Positions 21,901 to 31,300 of a DNA stretch of 64,000 nt are shown here, piece by piece. Each line of letters opens with the position of its first letter. Position 1 is the first letter of the stretch. The notes beneath the pieces are model-generated. The model had not been told where the DNA came from and did not search any database. It was given only the letters and a program-made list of their open reading frames with translations. The stretch lies in the IMG/VR virus record IMGVR_UViG_3300031951_000036; one strand, 5' to 3'. Position numbers and translations under genes: made by a program. This DNA is from an uncultured virus (IMG/VR IMGVR_UViG_3300031951_000036) (taxonomy: Duplodnaviria > Heunggongvirae > Uroviricota > Caudoviricetes).

Positions 21901-24900
21901 ATAAAATCAGGCTTAAGTTCTAGTGGGATATTGGGTGAGTCTTGGATCTCTTGTTCTGTGTAGAAAGTACCATACTGCCTGTGCTGGTCATGAACAAATC
22001 CATAGATAGTATTCATCACTGAGTAACGGTGCTTGTGTTGTTTACCGTTAGATCCGGTAGCCAGCCACTTCTTGTTACGCTTAACCATGTCCTGAGCGTT
22101 CTTCACGTTCATGGCTGCATCACCGTCAAACAGATCATTGAAATGCAAAGCATTCATCCAGTTGTTAAACAGGTAATCCGCAATCATGTTACGGTAGTTC
22201 ACAGGCTGCTCAAAGTAAGACTCTACTAAACCGGTTACCTGTCCATACGCGTTACGTATAGACTCTGGCTCCTGTAACCCTACCTTGAAAGAAGACGGCA
22301 TCATGTTGGTGCTTAGGTATTGACCCACCACCTCTCCATCATCATTGAACGCATCGGTCATCACAAACAGTTTACTGTCAACCAGTTGCTGCACATACAT
22401 GTCCACCTGGTTTTCTGCGTATGCGTCCAACAACTCAGGAAGTTCTCCCAAATCTTCAATGCTGTCAAACGCTACATCTTGCGCAGCCAACTCTACCAGA
22501 CTTTGTTCCAACTCTGGATTAGCCTTGAAGAAATCTGACAGCTTATTGAAAGTATAGGCACGCAATGGCTGCCCTTTGGCATCAGTAAAGTTTACTGTAA
22601 CTCCGTCTGCAGCCAATGTTCCGTTATAGTCTTTTACAAAGTAGCTTTCTCTACCTGCTTCAAAGTCTGCCTTCATCGCATCGCGACGCTTCAGCTCTTT
22701 GCGGATACGCTCATACTCCTGGCGGATTACCCCTATCAGGTCTTTGGTAATCTTCAGGTTCTCACCATCTTTTACAGAACCTTTCTTGTCAGCATACTGC
22801 TGGTACATGGCACTGATCAGGAAGTTGGTTTGTGAAGATTCCAACTGATGGTAGGTACGCATGTAAGTTTGGATTGTAGTGGCAATACCGTCCTTGCTGT
22901 ATCCGGTTTCTTCCTTGCGGTTTAAGAAACTAAGCATATTCAGCATGTGTAAAGCCATGTCATCTAGACCCTTGAAGGTCTTTCCATCCATGAACACATC
23001 TCCAATCTTTTGCTTGACCCCACCAAACATGGCAACGCGCATGTTCTTAAGCAATACATCTGAACGACGTGCACTCTCAGAGTCTACGCCTTTCATCAAA
23101 TCGCCCAGCATCATGTTGTTGCCCATGAAGTCTTTCAAAAACTCCTGGTAATACGGGTCTTCTTCCATAGTTGCAGCCAGTCCTTTTCTGCGGAAGTCCT
23201 GCGCCATTATCATCAGCGGTGTATACTTTACATAGCGGAAGATGGGTTTACCTTCTGCGTTGTAAATGGTAGCTGGAATACTGGTTGGGTCATACTTGAC
23301 AACATACTTAGACGCACGACGCAAGATCACGTTGAATGTCTTTACATTTGCATCTTCTGAGTTCTCATTATCCAACGCATCCTCAAAACTTACCAGGTCG
23401 CCTTCCTCACCCTGTGCAGCTTTGGTAATAGCAGCCAGGTTATTGAAAAACATTTTAGTGAGATAGTCGCCTTCTTTAACAAAGCTCTCATTGGTTTCAT
23501 AGTGTTTCAGATTGCGGTCACTGAGTTTAGTTACCACCACCTTTTCGTTTTCTAACTGGTCAATGGCAATCAATGACATGCGGATCAGGGACTTAGGAAT
23601 GTTTAATCCAATGCCTATCATAGCCTGGTGCATTTCATCAGCCAGTTCATTGAGACGCTGGTTTGGATTAACACCACTGACAATCTGCTCCGCCTTTACA
23701 ATTTCTGTAGCAAGGCGTGCCACATCTTTCAGCGCTTTCTTATACGCAGGGTCATCTTTCTTTGCCTTCTGTGTAGTAATCATGCGCTCTACCAGCTTGC
23801 GCTTTTTATTCACCACATCCTGGTATTGAACCTGGTCTTTCATGGTGAACTTAGTATCCTGGCTGATACCCTCCAGGATTGCGTCCATCTCCTCGTCTAT
23901 GTCCAGCTTTTTAGGCGTATAGACATTAAACATCATATAATCAATCTCTGAACCGTGCAACACGTCCAGGATCATCATGTACATCTGCGGGTTGGCTGTA
24001 GGCGCACCATCACGGTTCAGCTTGGTCAGCTTATCTACCGCGTAGTAAATACTCATTAGGTCTTCCCCTGCATTGATGAAGCCATCTTCAATCATGTCTT
24101 CCGCCACCATCTTGATGTGGTTCATGATTTCAAAGGCAGGAACATCAGCGGTAATCTGCATCAGTGTAGGTAAGATGCTCTGTGCATCCACCATCATAGG
24201 TACATACACACGGTGTTCTTTACCAGCCTCGTCTGTGAAACTCAAGTCAGCAATGTACTTGTCACGACGAATAGTGCTGATAAACTTCTTAAACTCAGCG
24301 GGCATAGAATCCAAACGGTTCATCTCATTGAACCCTTGGTCAAAGTTTGCAGAGCCTACTTCTTCCTCTCTAGTTTCAAAGTTCTCGTCAGTTGCAGTGG
24401 GCTTACCCTCAATGGCCTGTGCCATCTCTTCTTTACCTAAACCTGCACTTCCTACAACGGTTGGAGTGTTTATCTCCTCTAGACGTTGTTTTACCAGCTT
24501 CTTTAAGGTTTCCACCGCAGCACTTCCATCGTTCACCTGCTCCACACCATTCACCCGGTTAGGTAGCATAACGCCATCATACGCGGCATCACCTGTCTGG
24601 TTAATATCAAATATGTTCAGCCCGTTCTTGCGTGCTCCCAAAGCAAAACGCATCTGGGCATACTGTTCACCAAACATCTGCTTGGCTTTTTCACGAAGGT
24701 CAGGGCGACTTTCAGGAATCTGGCGCAACACCAAATCAAGGTTGAACATTGTATGTGTAAGTTGATGGGCTGCCTGATTAAATTTCTCTTCAAAGGTTGT
24801 GCCTTCCGTTTTATTGTTGATGATCTCACGCACCATCATACCAACCAGTTGTGTCTGGGTGGATTGGTCCAACGTGGTTTCTTCTACTATTACGCCACCC

Positions 24901-27900
24901 AGTGGGTCACGCACAAACTTTCTCACACCCTCGATCACCTCAAAGGCCATCTTGCCGTCAAACATACCTGTCTGAATTGCAGACTTCTTGTAATGCCCTT
25001 TGGCAATATCACTGTACGTCTGCTCAATCAAATCACCGTTTCTTCTAAACAGGCTGATTAGCTTCTTCAACAAATCAAACAACGCAGCAATAATTCCCTT
25101 CTTAGGACCTTTGCCCTGGTTCTCCATGTAGTTCATGAAACCATCAGCCAGAATCTCTTCTGCCACCAGGTCACGCATTTCCTGTTCTTCGTACATGTAG
25201 TTACGCACGCGGGCAAACTCTTTCAACGCGCTTTTGGTAAAACGGCTGGCGTAACGCTTGTCACCCTGTACTTTGTCCAATAGCTCCCTGCGCTTGGATT
25301 CAGTCATCAGGTAGCGGAACACCCCGTGGAATGCCTCGTGATACACAATACCCTTGGTCAACATGCTGTTGTTCAGGTAGATCACGCGGTCTTTGAACAT
25401 ACCAAGCACGGCACCGTCAATCTTGGTTAAGTCAATAACCTCCTGAAGGTCCTCGCGGTTTATGTCAAACTGAGGTAATACTTCGCGCAGCCAGTTCACG
25501 GCACGCTGAATATCATCTTCAGATGCTGCCTCATACTCATCGCTAATGCGGAAAGGTGCATCGGTAGCATCAAAGTAATTCGCTGCAGGTTTACTTACAG
25601 GAGCTACGCCTGTAGCAGGCGCAGTAGTTTCTGCAGTACCGCCAGGCAATACCGCTTCAATTGCTGGAACAACCAGCGGCCCAGATTCTGTAGGAGCTGT
25701 AGAGTCCACAATAACTTCTGTCTGAGAATCCAGACGCATTGCCGCTTGTGGAACAATGGTCATGGTTGCAACGTCACCGCGCTGTCCAGCATAACGTGCC
25801 AGGTTCGCACTATATCCACGTCCTTTGGACATAGGATTAGTACCATTCATGCGCACGTGTGGGAAACGCTTTCCTCCTTCTTCATTTACAATAAAGTACT
25901 GAGGTTGATATTCACCCTGAAAAGTGAACATGCTTTTAAACTGTGCCTCAAATGCAGGAAACTGTGCAAACACTTTTTCTAAGTGGTCCATCACCATATC
26001 TTCCAGCATGTTTGTCACATCCTCACTTGCTTTCTCCATAGCTGCTACCAGCTTCAAACCTTTAGGTCCCAGCTGATAACTGTCTGCCAGTACTGCCACT
26101 GCTGTGTAGAACTCATACAGTCCGTCTGGATCAGACAAGTCGTATGCTTTTAGAGAAGGATTTTCATCCAGCACATCGTCTATGATAGGGCTTCCTCCAC
26201 TAATGCGGTCTGCTACATCCTGGATGCGCTGTATTAAGCGACTGCTAAAAGGAATGTTAAACGCCTCCCTGTTCTGCATGATCAGATATAGCGGATTGTC
26301 TTTTTCCTTTTTGTCAGCAGGACGCAGCTCTAACTGGAACTTACCATTTAGGTAACCCATGTCTAAATACAGCTTACCGCGTCCTCCACTAAACGTGTAC
26401 AGGGTCTTATTAAATTCACTTACCTTCTTGCGAACTGTAGTACTGTCACCTTTAGCAGAAAACAGTTTGGACAACTGCGTCATGAAATCTGCAAAGCCAT
26501 TTAGCTGTGCCAAAGGTTTAGTATCTAATATAGGCATATAACTGGTGGGTTTACCATCAGTAAAGCGTAATGCCAAGCGGGTTTCTTGCTGACTCTTCGC
26601 GTTCTTGTTAATAATGTTTTCCTTTACAAATGTATCCAGGTCACGTACACCATACACATCGCGTAGCACGTCAGACATTTGCACCAGCTCGTCACCTATT
26701 TTAATCCGCTCATTGCCTGACAGCATGTTTACCAAAAAGAATACGCTGCTGTCTTTGTTGTTAGCACGTGTTATGACAAATGGCAGCTTGCGCATTTCAG
26801 ACTTTAGTATGGTAGTCTGGTCTTTGTCTACTGTTACCACCTCAAACTCTTGTGAGATAGATGGATCAGCTTCTATAAGTTTGGCCAGCGATGGATTTTC
26901 TTTTACACGGTCCATCTGCATACCATACGCTGCAAAAAAATCTTCACTGATGTCTACAGAACCTTTACCGGCAGCAAACATTTCCTCCAATGCAGGTAAG
27001 ATATTAGCTTTGAACTGCTGATAAGCATTGTAGCTGGAAGTTAAGTTAGCCATGTCAGACTCCTTAATGCTCTCCAGTCCAACAAAAGAACTTTTCACTG
27101 CCATTCTGCGGAACTTCTCTACATGACCAGGCTTGGAGAAATCTACTTTTTGTGTGGTGTTGTCTGACCCTACAAATACAAAGTTGTCCAAACCATACAT
27201 GTTGAACAGGATAGTCTCCCCATCTTCCAGGGTCAGCTCTCCTACCAATGCAAAGCCCTGCTCTTTTCCAGGACGTGCCACGCTCAAAACTTCACCACCA
27301 GGAGTAGACTCCAGGTAGCGAATCTGCGCTTCATTCTCATACGTTTCATGGTTACGGTTGGCCAGAGCTGCATAGGCAGGATCTGTTTTAGCCAACTCTT
27401 TCATGCGCTCAACACGCTGGTCAGCCACGTTCAAACGCAGCGCGCGGATCTTGATCCGGCTCATGGGATTCTCCAGCTTGTTCAGCTCTTCTCTCAGACG
27501 CTTTGCATCTTCACTGAAGGCCGCCTTGATCATAAAAGAACTAATCAGATAATCACGATTGAGCCAAAGCTCCTTAGCGTTACTGTCTGTAGGCTCAGGG
27601 CGTGCATCTTTATAGTTGATATATTGGTCTGGCGACAAAGGCTCAGCAGTCCCGTCTGCATTATACATATAGACAACCCCGTCTGATAGAAACCCTTCTA
27701 CCACTTCCAGGTTGTTTAATGAAATCAAAATGTTGTTTAAGTCCAGCTGCTCAGCCACATTGCGTAAGTCTACGTAAGGCGTGGATGCACCTGCGCCATC
27801 TAAAGAGCGCATCAGGTCTGTGATCAGGGCTTTGTTGTATAATGGATTGCCCTCAAAAGAATTGATAGCATCTATTACAGAAGTGGTAAACGCTTTGGTA

Positions 27901-28364
27901 AGCTCCTCAATCTGCTTAGGGTCTGTCACACCGTTAGAACGCATGAACTGCTTAAACAAAGTAACCACCCCCTTAGAACCAAACAGGTCAATGTTTTGAA
28001 TGACCGGCTTGTCATACAATGCGTCAATAGCTTTTTCTACTGTTGCTGAGGTTATTTCAGAAGGAACCTTGACACCGGTAATCATACCTACAGTGTCAAT
28101 GTACTTTTTGGTATCACCAATCAAATGAACAGACGCCATTACATCCTTGGCCTTGCCCGCCTCATAGAAGGCTTTGTCTAGGTTGTACAGTCCATCATAG
28201 ATGAACGCCAGGTTATGCAGCGTTAGCTTCTTCTGCTCCGGTGTAATCGGACTCTGCAGAACAAAACGCGCAGCGTTGTTAAAGTTTTTGTAGACCTTAG
28301 GGTCAAATTGGATTAGCTTTAGTACGAAGTCAACGTACTTGTCTGTCTGGATTTCACAGGCCAT
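15975..28364 (-). CDS. Virion-packaged single-chain two-barrel DNA-dependent RNA polymerase (crAss-like vRNAP) with a zincin domain
   Basis: Catalytic GSDFDVD (DFDVD at 20337-20351) preceded by TRIPTEDKRSM; DGQ and KxxT motifs; HEAFH zincin at 25326-25340 with downstream EEILAD; 4129 aa. Confidence 0.9.
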   Translation of the reverse strand: MACEIQTDKYVDFVLKLIQFDPKVYKNFNNAARFVLQSPITPEQKKLTLHNLAFIYDGLYNLDKAFYEAGKAKDVMASVHLIGDTKKYIDTVGMITGVKVPSEITSATVEKAIDALYDKPVIQNIDLFGSKGVVTLFKQFMRSNGVTDPKQIEELTKAFTTSVIDAINSFEGNPLYNKALITDLMRSLDGAGASTPYVDLRNVAEQLDLNNILISLNNLEVVEGFLSDGVVYMYNADGTAEPLSPDQYINYKDARPEPTDSNAKELWLNRDYLISSFMIKAAFSEDAKRLREELNKLENPMSRIKIRALRLNVADQRVERMKELAKTDPAYAALANRNHETYENEAQIRYLESTPGGEVLSVARPGKEQGFALVGELTLEDGETILFNMYGLDNFVFVGSDNTTQKVDFSKPGHVEKFRRMAVKSSFVGLESIKESDMANLTSSYNAYQQFKANILPALEEMFAAGKGSVDISEDFFAAYGMQMDRVKENPSLAKLIEADPSISQEFEVVTVDKDQTTILKSEMRKLPFVITRANNKDSSVFFLVNMLSGNERIKIGDELVQMSDVLRDVYGVRDLDTFVKENIINKNAKSQQETRLALRFTDGKPTSYMPILDTKPLAQLNGFADFMTQLSKLFSAKGDSTTVRKKVSEFNKTLYTFSGGRGKLYLDMGYLNGKFQLELRPADKKEKDNPLYLIMQNREAFNIPFSSRLIQRIQDVADRISGGSPIIDDVLDENPSLKAYDLSDPDGLYEFYTAVAVLADSYQLGPKGLKLVAAMEKASEDVTNMLEDMVMDHLEKVFAQFPAFEAQFKSMFTFQGEYQPQYFIVNEEGGKRFPHVRMNGTNPMSKGRGYSANLARYAGQRGDVATMTIVPQAAMRLDSQTEVIVDSTAPTESGPLVVPAIEAVLPGGTAETTAPATGVAPVSKPAANYFDATDAPFRISDEYEAASEDDIQRAVNWLREVLPQFDINREDLQEVIDLTKIDGAVLGMFKDRVIYLNNSMLTKGIVYHEAFHGVFRYLMTESKRRELLDKVQGDKRYASRFTKSALKEFARVRNYMYEEQEMRDLVAEEILADGFMNYMENQGKGPKKGIIAALFDLLKKLISLFRRNGDLIEQTYSDIAKGHYKKSAIQTGMFDGKMAFEVIEGVRKFVRDPLGGVIVEETTLDQSTQTQLVGMMVREIINNKTEGTTFEEKFNQAAHQLTHTMFNLDLVLRQIPESRPDLREKAKQMFGEQYAQMRFALGARKNGLNIFDINQTGDAAYDGVMLPNRVNGVEQVNDGSAAVETLKKLVKQRLEEINTPTVVGSAGLGKEEMAQAIEGKPTATDENFETREEEVGSANFDQGFNEMNRLDSMPAEFKKFISTIRRDKYIADLSFTDEAGKEHRVYVPMMVDAQSILPTLMQITADVPAFEIMNHIKMVAEDMIEDGFINAGEDLMSIYYAVDKLTKLNRDGAPTANPQMYMMILDVLHGSEIDYMMFNVYTPKKLDIDEEMDAILEGISQDTKFTMKDQVQYQDVVNKKRKLVERMITTQKAKKDDPAYKKALKDVARLATEIVKAEQIVSGVNPNQRLNELADEMHQAMIGIGLNIPKSLIRMSLIAIDQLENEKVVVTKLSDRNLKHYETNESFVKEGDYLTKMFFNNLAAITKAAQGEEGDLVSFEDALDNENSEDANVKTFNVILRRASKYVVKYDPTSIPATIYNAEGKPIFRYVKYTPLMIMAQDFRRKGLAATMEEDPYYQEFLKDFMGNNMMLGDLMKGVDSESARRSDVLLKNMRVAMFGGVKQKIGDVFMDGKTFKGLDDMALHMLNMLSFLNRKEETGYSKDGIATTIQTYMRTYHQLESSQTNFLISAMYQQYADKKGSVKDGENLKITKDLIGVIRQEYERIRKELKRRDAMKADFEAGRESYFVKDYNGTLAADGVTVNFTDAKGQPLRAYTFNKLSDFFKANPELEQSLVELAAQDVAFDSIEDLGELPELLDAYAENQVDMYVQQLVDSKLFVMTDAFNDDGEVVGQYLSTNMMPSSFKVGLQEPESIRNAYGQVTGLVESYFEQPVNYRNMIADYLFNNWMNALHFNDLFDGDAAMNVKNAQDMVKRNKKWLATGSNGKQHKHRYSVMNTIYGFVHDQHRQYGTFYTEQEIQDSPNIPLELKPDFIKAFQNAKAGVKGYKHMMHKTFDGQAVSLLMHRMDLHENNGRLTAEAHDILLASHYRKLTEGEVRKLQSLKIVNNPQKTITVGRGTYLKMSENMFARTDVSYIKPALMQRLGKEAIERDLHTKWSRVYELRKQYQRQLQEGGDSAATFAEIQRIVRGIHKYYMPAPNRELLHDLLNSMEYHQIDHLMDTEGSKNATRLPVDIFAQPRRGGYIPLNISALEIDNKYKFLQVETSGVADLAKVSVQRKMLLPADLDKLSDLMAIRLGRELTPSEATDLNNLSKRLLRDYDDSLAKSFQARLLYLQKIMREGGDFKIGTVYNIIRESLIAQGAPMPTISLFEVKPGDQIEFDPNLPEIRKMLEYYFFAQYSKAVTDEKGSGFKSIHISSVGYDNIMYDPTTGKDVFTKDFLANPGRFMNADGSVRLRNRKLSFTEEDELDMDGKPTGNKLIYAECIVPEPLKNDPAYLRMYEEYLTKMFATRIPTEDKRSMVILKVVDYMDGSNLNGIILPHYIHILAGSDFDVDALYGQTFSTYRNLAGQYNVFGRYDGYMNEREGKFVEWVHYMMKKSEFADLIRKAKEDLLNEEGLTVPLDGPVFNFMKMMGFSEDDYMEAFSLQLLREEAADIKEQLAALREQGDMLSEELDDLSERIALGIAELGSKAKGDKELRQLKRLHKEKSMQMTQIGRDFRSAVRDQQELRKEKQFMMGAVNAASIFTVFEEYGLPMTIEGFEEYPWLSDVVVDKFQNQNLQASMNIIGNKDVFDTLYINEAASVDRLEQIMEAFGTTPSDDDVRMNHYTMGSIIKAKTDSSMYKDGIGITAKTNKFVAFSSWYSAELRSPIWSFNKSKDAKKVTTYNKFGIVNEENIRAIALIGNVLGMFADAMKTPIPSYLKMNEINTGLTLAMVGIGLSPEFAIGFNFIPEINRASAAVKAARNAIQESEEKQYASLGSEVRKERLALLEKNPDVYDELMNAGLLNPKKSSLFKPVFNKKNLVIGFAAQKLNKERLADNTLTPEDIGYKVSAKNSDVVLSVAAQKFVLLGMYEEQAQQSFALGRAGSIIDMFKRLNPDTNTFDKMYENIEELLFSEKSVFTDDSIKRIMGGSDLKVWSVIYELTRDLDQQLANMFLERSNFFRPIKGVFNDIFRDKTNVAKVITGFVAIQKMLTTYPGSRRTSNPYFQTLIDREDEALQDTFTAEYWFMNTLGEELKQFQEKYPNNKFLQILKEETRETDKTTIIDQDGKVYKNQPMRYIRLINTVSFSGKTANEIADDAISLSKDQEAKLFLKKLYYHELARTGMGYAKGSFMMFMPPAFKKELSKNISEFVKALKQGSGNKTAFDKAMMDYFKTDDMEYIHQIFNDLFRVMAFTGSKEQNSVIRYAKNLSISAEGAFVSGIVKGLKDADKLTPDEKRNRAAEILAEAIGRDSSKIKEAGGFNPKFEELGDQFIIDLSVNETDEHASFASMTAIGARFGIKVEEGTEMFAFPMVFKSTDGVAYVLQGVDEDSSDASLGKNLYEGVSSGKGFSTTGMRARYKRIPAKMMGEKLSPIGFPLEEIGYYSSITRKNGVLDLRDDETIERMRAEQESAEALKQDLEEQEEREDELEEEGYTETYDDLDDFDDFDDFDDFDDDLDADVSTFDVNSMLGGMRAVTGVTGTQEETEEETEETEEEEETRPGEITIDPKLITDYKRSTKKGTFTIQMMSNGVTIPVKVEGYAINLAQYPGAQLFVHKEVLLDDDGNPYGTDNWRVSEATTGMKVSTPVEDSTAQKAMESVVNYLNDLWSRNDVSTREKLTKIGLFTDAQVQAASAEKVLSLEPGRYVKYNGGTYIITKPLEGDKVQIYDPTQEGAKAKRGVSKNNVTPMDAKGHIVTYREKQYIVTAKDTIISLTTNKAMNWGAENGDRKAVLELRDKQLNVSTTLEEDLKNLNLTPQVLLYLYNRTGKKTPFEQFVNQAKTFVSIGQANLSNEEIIKNLECF
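17023..17067 (-). repeat. 9-bp tandem repeat (plus strand TCATCAAAG x4 plus one variant) encoding LDDFDDFDDFDDFDD in vRNAP
   Basis: Visible directly in the sequence. Confidence 0.9.
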
Positions 28365-28391
28365 GGTCAGTTTAGCTTAGGGTGCACTGGA

Positions 28392-31300
28392 TTAGGAGCA
28401 TGCATGTATATCGTTGAGGATATCAACCAACTCCTGCATGGTCACACCAGGTGCAGAAATTTTTGTAGAAGTATCCTCCTCTACAAATTTACTAATTTCT
28501 GGCGCACCTTCACTAACTTTAGCTTTAAATTCTTGCACTTTACTGTCCAGCTGTTTTAAACTTTCTAGAGTTAAAACTGTGGCAGTCCCTGTTGACGGGG
28601 TATTAAACTGATCTACCACCTCTGTTTTCTCTGAACTAACCACGATAGGTTTTTCACCAGGAGCGTCTGTTGCCTGGATTTTTCTCACATTGGTTGCGAC
28701 GGTTCTGAGAGCAGACCTACCACGGGATGTTGCGGCATAGTCCTGGAGGTTCTTATGTGTCGTGCCATGTTTTGCGTTGGCTTTTTCCATGCTCAAACGA
28801 CCACGTCTTACAAACTCTGCATCTTGCCCTGCGCTGGAATCTACACCTAAGAAATCTCTGGCCACCTCTATATCACTGCGAGTATTAACCAGTGAGTCTT
28901 TTAGCTCAGTGGCTTCTTCCTCTGTGGCAATGGGGTCTCCGTTAACTGCATCTCCATTAGTGTCCACTACATTGAATCCTTCATCAGTGTCCTCCACTTC
29001 AAAAGGTTCTTCTTCAGTTTCTTCTTCTGCAGGTTTACCACCCATGCGCTTCATAATCTCGTCAATGCTGCGGCCACCTTCTGCGTCGTCGTCATCCTCT
29101 TCTTCCTCTGCAGGTTTTGGGTCTGAGCTGCTCATACCTGCTCCGGCAGTATTTGTGGTAGCGCCTGCAGGCTGTGGTTTTACCGTGCTGTTCTTGAGGA
29201 TGTCATTAGCTTCTTCAGGTTTCATGGCATCTACATCGCTGCGTGAATAACCCAGGTCATACAACTGCTGTCTCATGTCCTTGGTAATCATGAGGGGTAC
29301 GCTAGCTGTTGATGCCGCGCCTCCGCTGGCAGGTGGTGTCCCACCGTTCAGCTCAGCTACCTTAGCTTCTGCTTCTGCCTTATCTTCTGCCCATAAAGCC
29401 ATACCAGTCTCAGGGTCATACCAGTAATCACCAGTCTCTGTATCAAGTATACCAAACCATTTTAACGCTGGGTCTTCTACCATCTTGTAACGACCACCAT
29501 CAAGGGTGTCTGTGTTACTGTTAGCATTGATGATTTCTTCAGCATCATCAACCTCCTCATCATCTTCTTCCTCATCATCGTCTGCATTCTTAGCAGCTCT
29601 TGGAGTAGCAGTAGTGGTTGATTTTTCTTCTGTTGCAGCTTCTGCCTTTTTAGGGGCACCTGCTTCCATATACTCCTGTACAACAGGATCTACCAGTTTC
29701 TTGTATTTGGTATATACCTCTGTTTCGCGCTCTGACAAAGTTTTGAAGGTTGTAGCCTTAGCCTGGTCTTCCTCACTCAGTGTCTGTAGCTCTTCATAAA
29801 TCTTGCGGGCAATTCCTACCAGGTTAATCCAGGGCAGCTCTCCAGTTTGTTTGAATGTCAAATAGTCATCATCTGAAATATCACCATAGTTTTGCTTATT
29901 CAGATACTGGTCATAGTACTCTGTCATCTTTTTGGCAATAGCTTCTGCTAACGCCATCTCTTGCTTACGCGCATACTCCTGGCTTTTTACACCAATGTTA
30001 GGGTCTAACGCCAGTGTCTCCAGGTTCTTAAACGCTTCATGGCTCATAATGAACTGCGCCATTTCTATGATAATACTGGCTTGTGTGCCTTCATTATCTT
30101 CTCCCACACGTATGATCAAGTTTCCAGCATGTGCTTTAACCAGCTCTAGGATGTTGTCTACATAATTAATCAACATGTATTTAAACTGGCCATCGGTCAT
30201 GTTACGCAACAGGTTTCCAAAACGATTGCGGTTGAAGAGTACATCCACGCTGTTTAAAAATGCTTTAGAGTCTGCGTCTAATTGTATATAGTCAACCAGC
30301 TTGTCAAAAGTTTCTTGCGCTACTGTTTCGCTCATTTCTGCATTTAGCCCAGCTTCTTGATTCATGAGCTTCATGACTTCCTTAAACGCTTCAAACACCT
30401 GCGGATCTTTCATGTCATACTCTACCGACTCCACGGTAGTACCGTCACCAGATGCATGCTGGTCTTTAGCCTTGCCTTTTTCCTGGCCACGGAACTGCAT
30501 TCTGGTAGTTCCGTCAGCTTGTTTTTCAGCTACCCAATATCTCATCCAGCGCTCCAGGTAATCTCTGCGCTTTTTCTTGCTTTCCATTTGTTTGACCAGG
30601 TCAGCCTTCATGTCTGGTGTAAGGCCTTCTGCACGAATCTGGTCTTCCATGAGTTTGATTTCGCTCATGATGTTACCAATCTCAGCCACCAGTACATCTG
30701 AATCAGTCATGACACGCACCGCATAATCCGCTGAACCTGCTAAACCTGGGGTGGAACGCATCTCCTGTGCAAGTTTTTGAGCACGGTCAATGGTCATATC
30801 TGCCTTGATCATATTCAGCGCCAGGGTATGAATAGCCTCCTCTTCAGCTTTTCGCTGCATAGCAGCCATGTACTGACCGCTAGTTCCGCTTTCAAAACGC
30901 ATAGGGTCTGATAATACTCCTACCTTACGCTTGATCCCATCAATCATTTTTGCATACCTGCCAATGTCATCTGCTATTTTATTAGAAAACTCCTCTGGTG
31001 TGGCATACTTAGTTTCTGACAACTTAATCCCATAGGCTTTCTCAAACTCCTCAGCGGTCATCTCCATGCCGGAGTTACGTACAGCTTGCTGAAACGCCTT
31101 GATACTATTGGTACGCTGAGCAGCTAATACAGCTGACAGCAATGCATTATCTTTTCCGTTCTCAAACTCATAGCGCTTACCCTGTGCAGCAGCAGCCGCC
31201 ATTTCCTGGGAAGCTTCCATCTGGTTGACAAAGTTGTACAGCTTCTGTTCAAACTGTCCTTTGCTCATCTGGCTATACATGCTCTTAAGCGTATTGAAGT

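Noticed and set aside
117..28364. Inteins or group I introns in nrdJ or vRNAP
   Set aside because: No C...HN splice motifs, LAGLIDADG motifs or frame breaks seen; nrdJ has normal length.
15971..28392. Read-through fusion of the three giant genes, which share one reading frame (3-nt and 27-nt gaps)
   Set aside because: The stops are TAA, the 27-nt gap contains a second in-frame TAA, and shared frame has a 1 in 9 chance. It may at most hint at an ancestral fusion.
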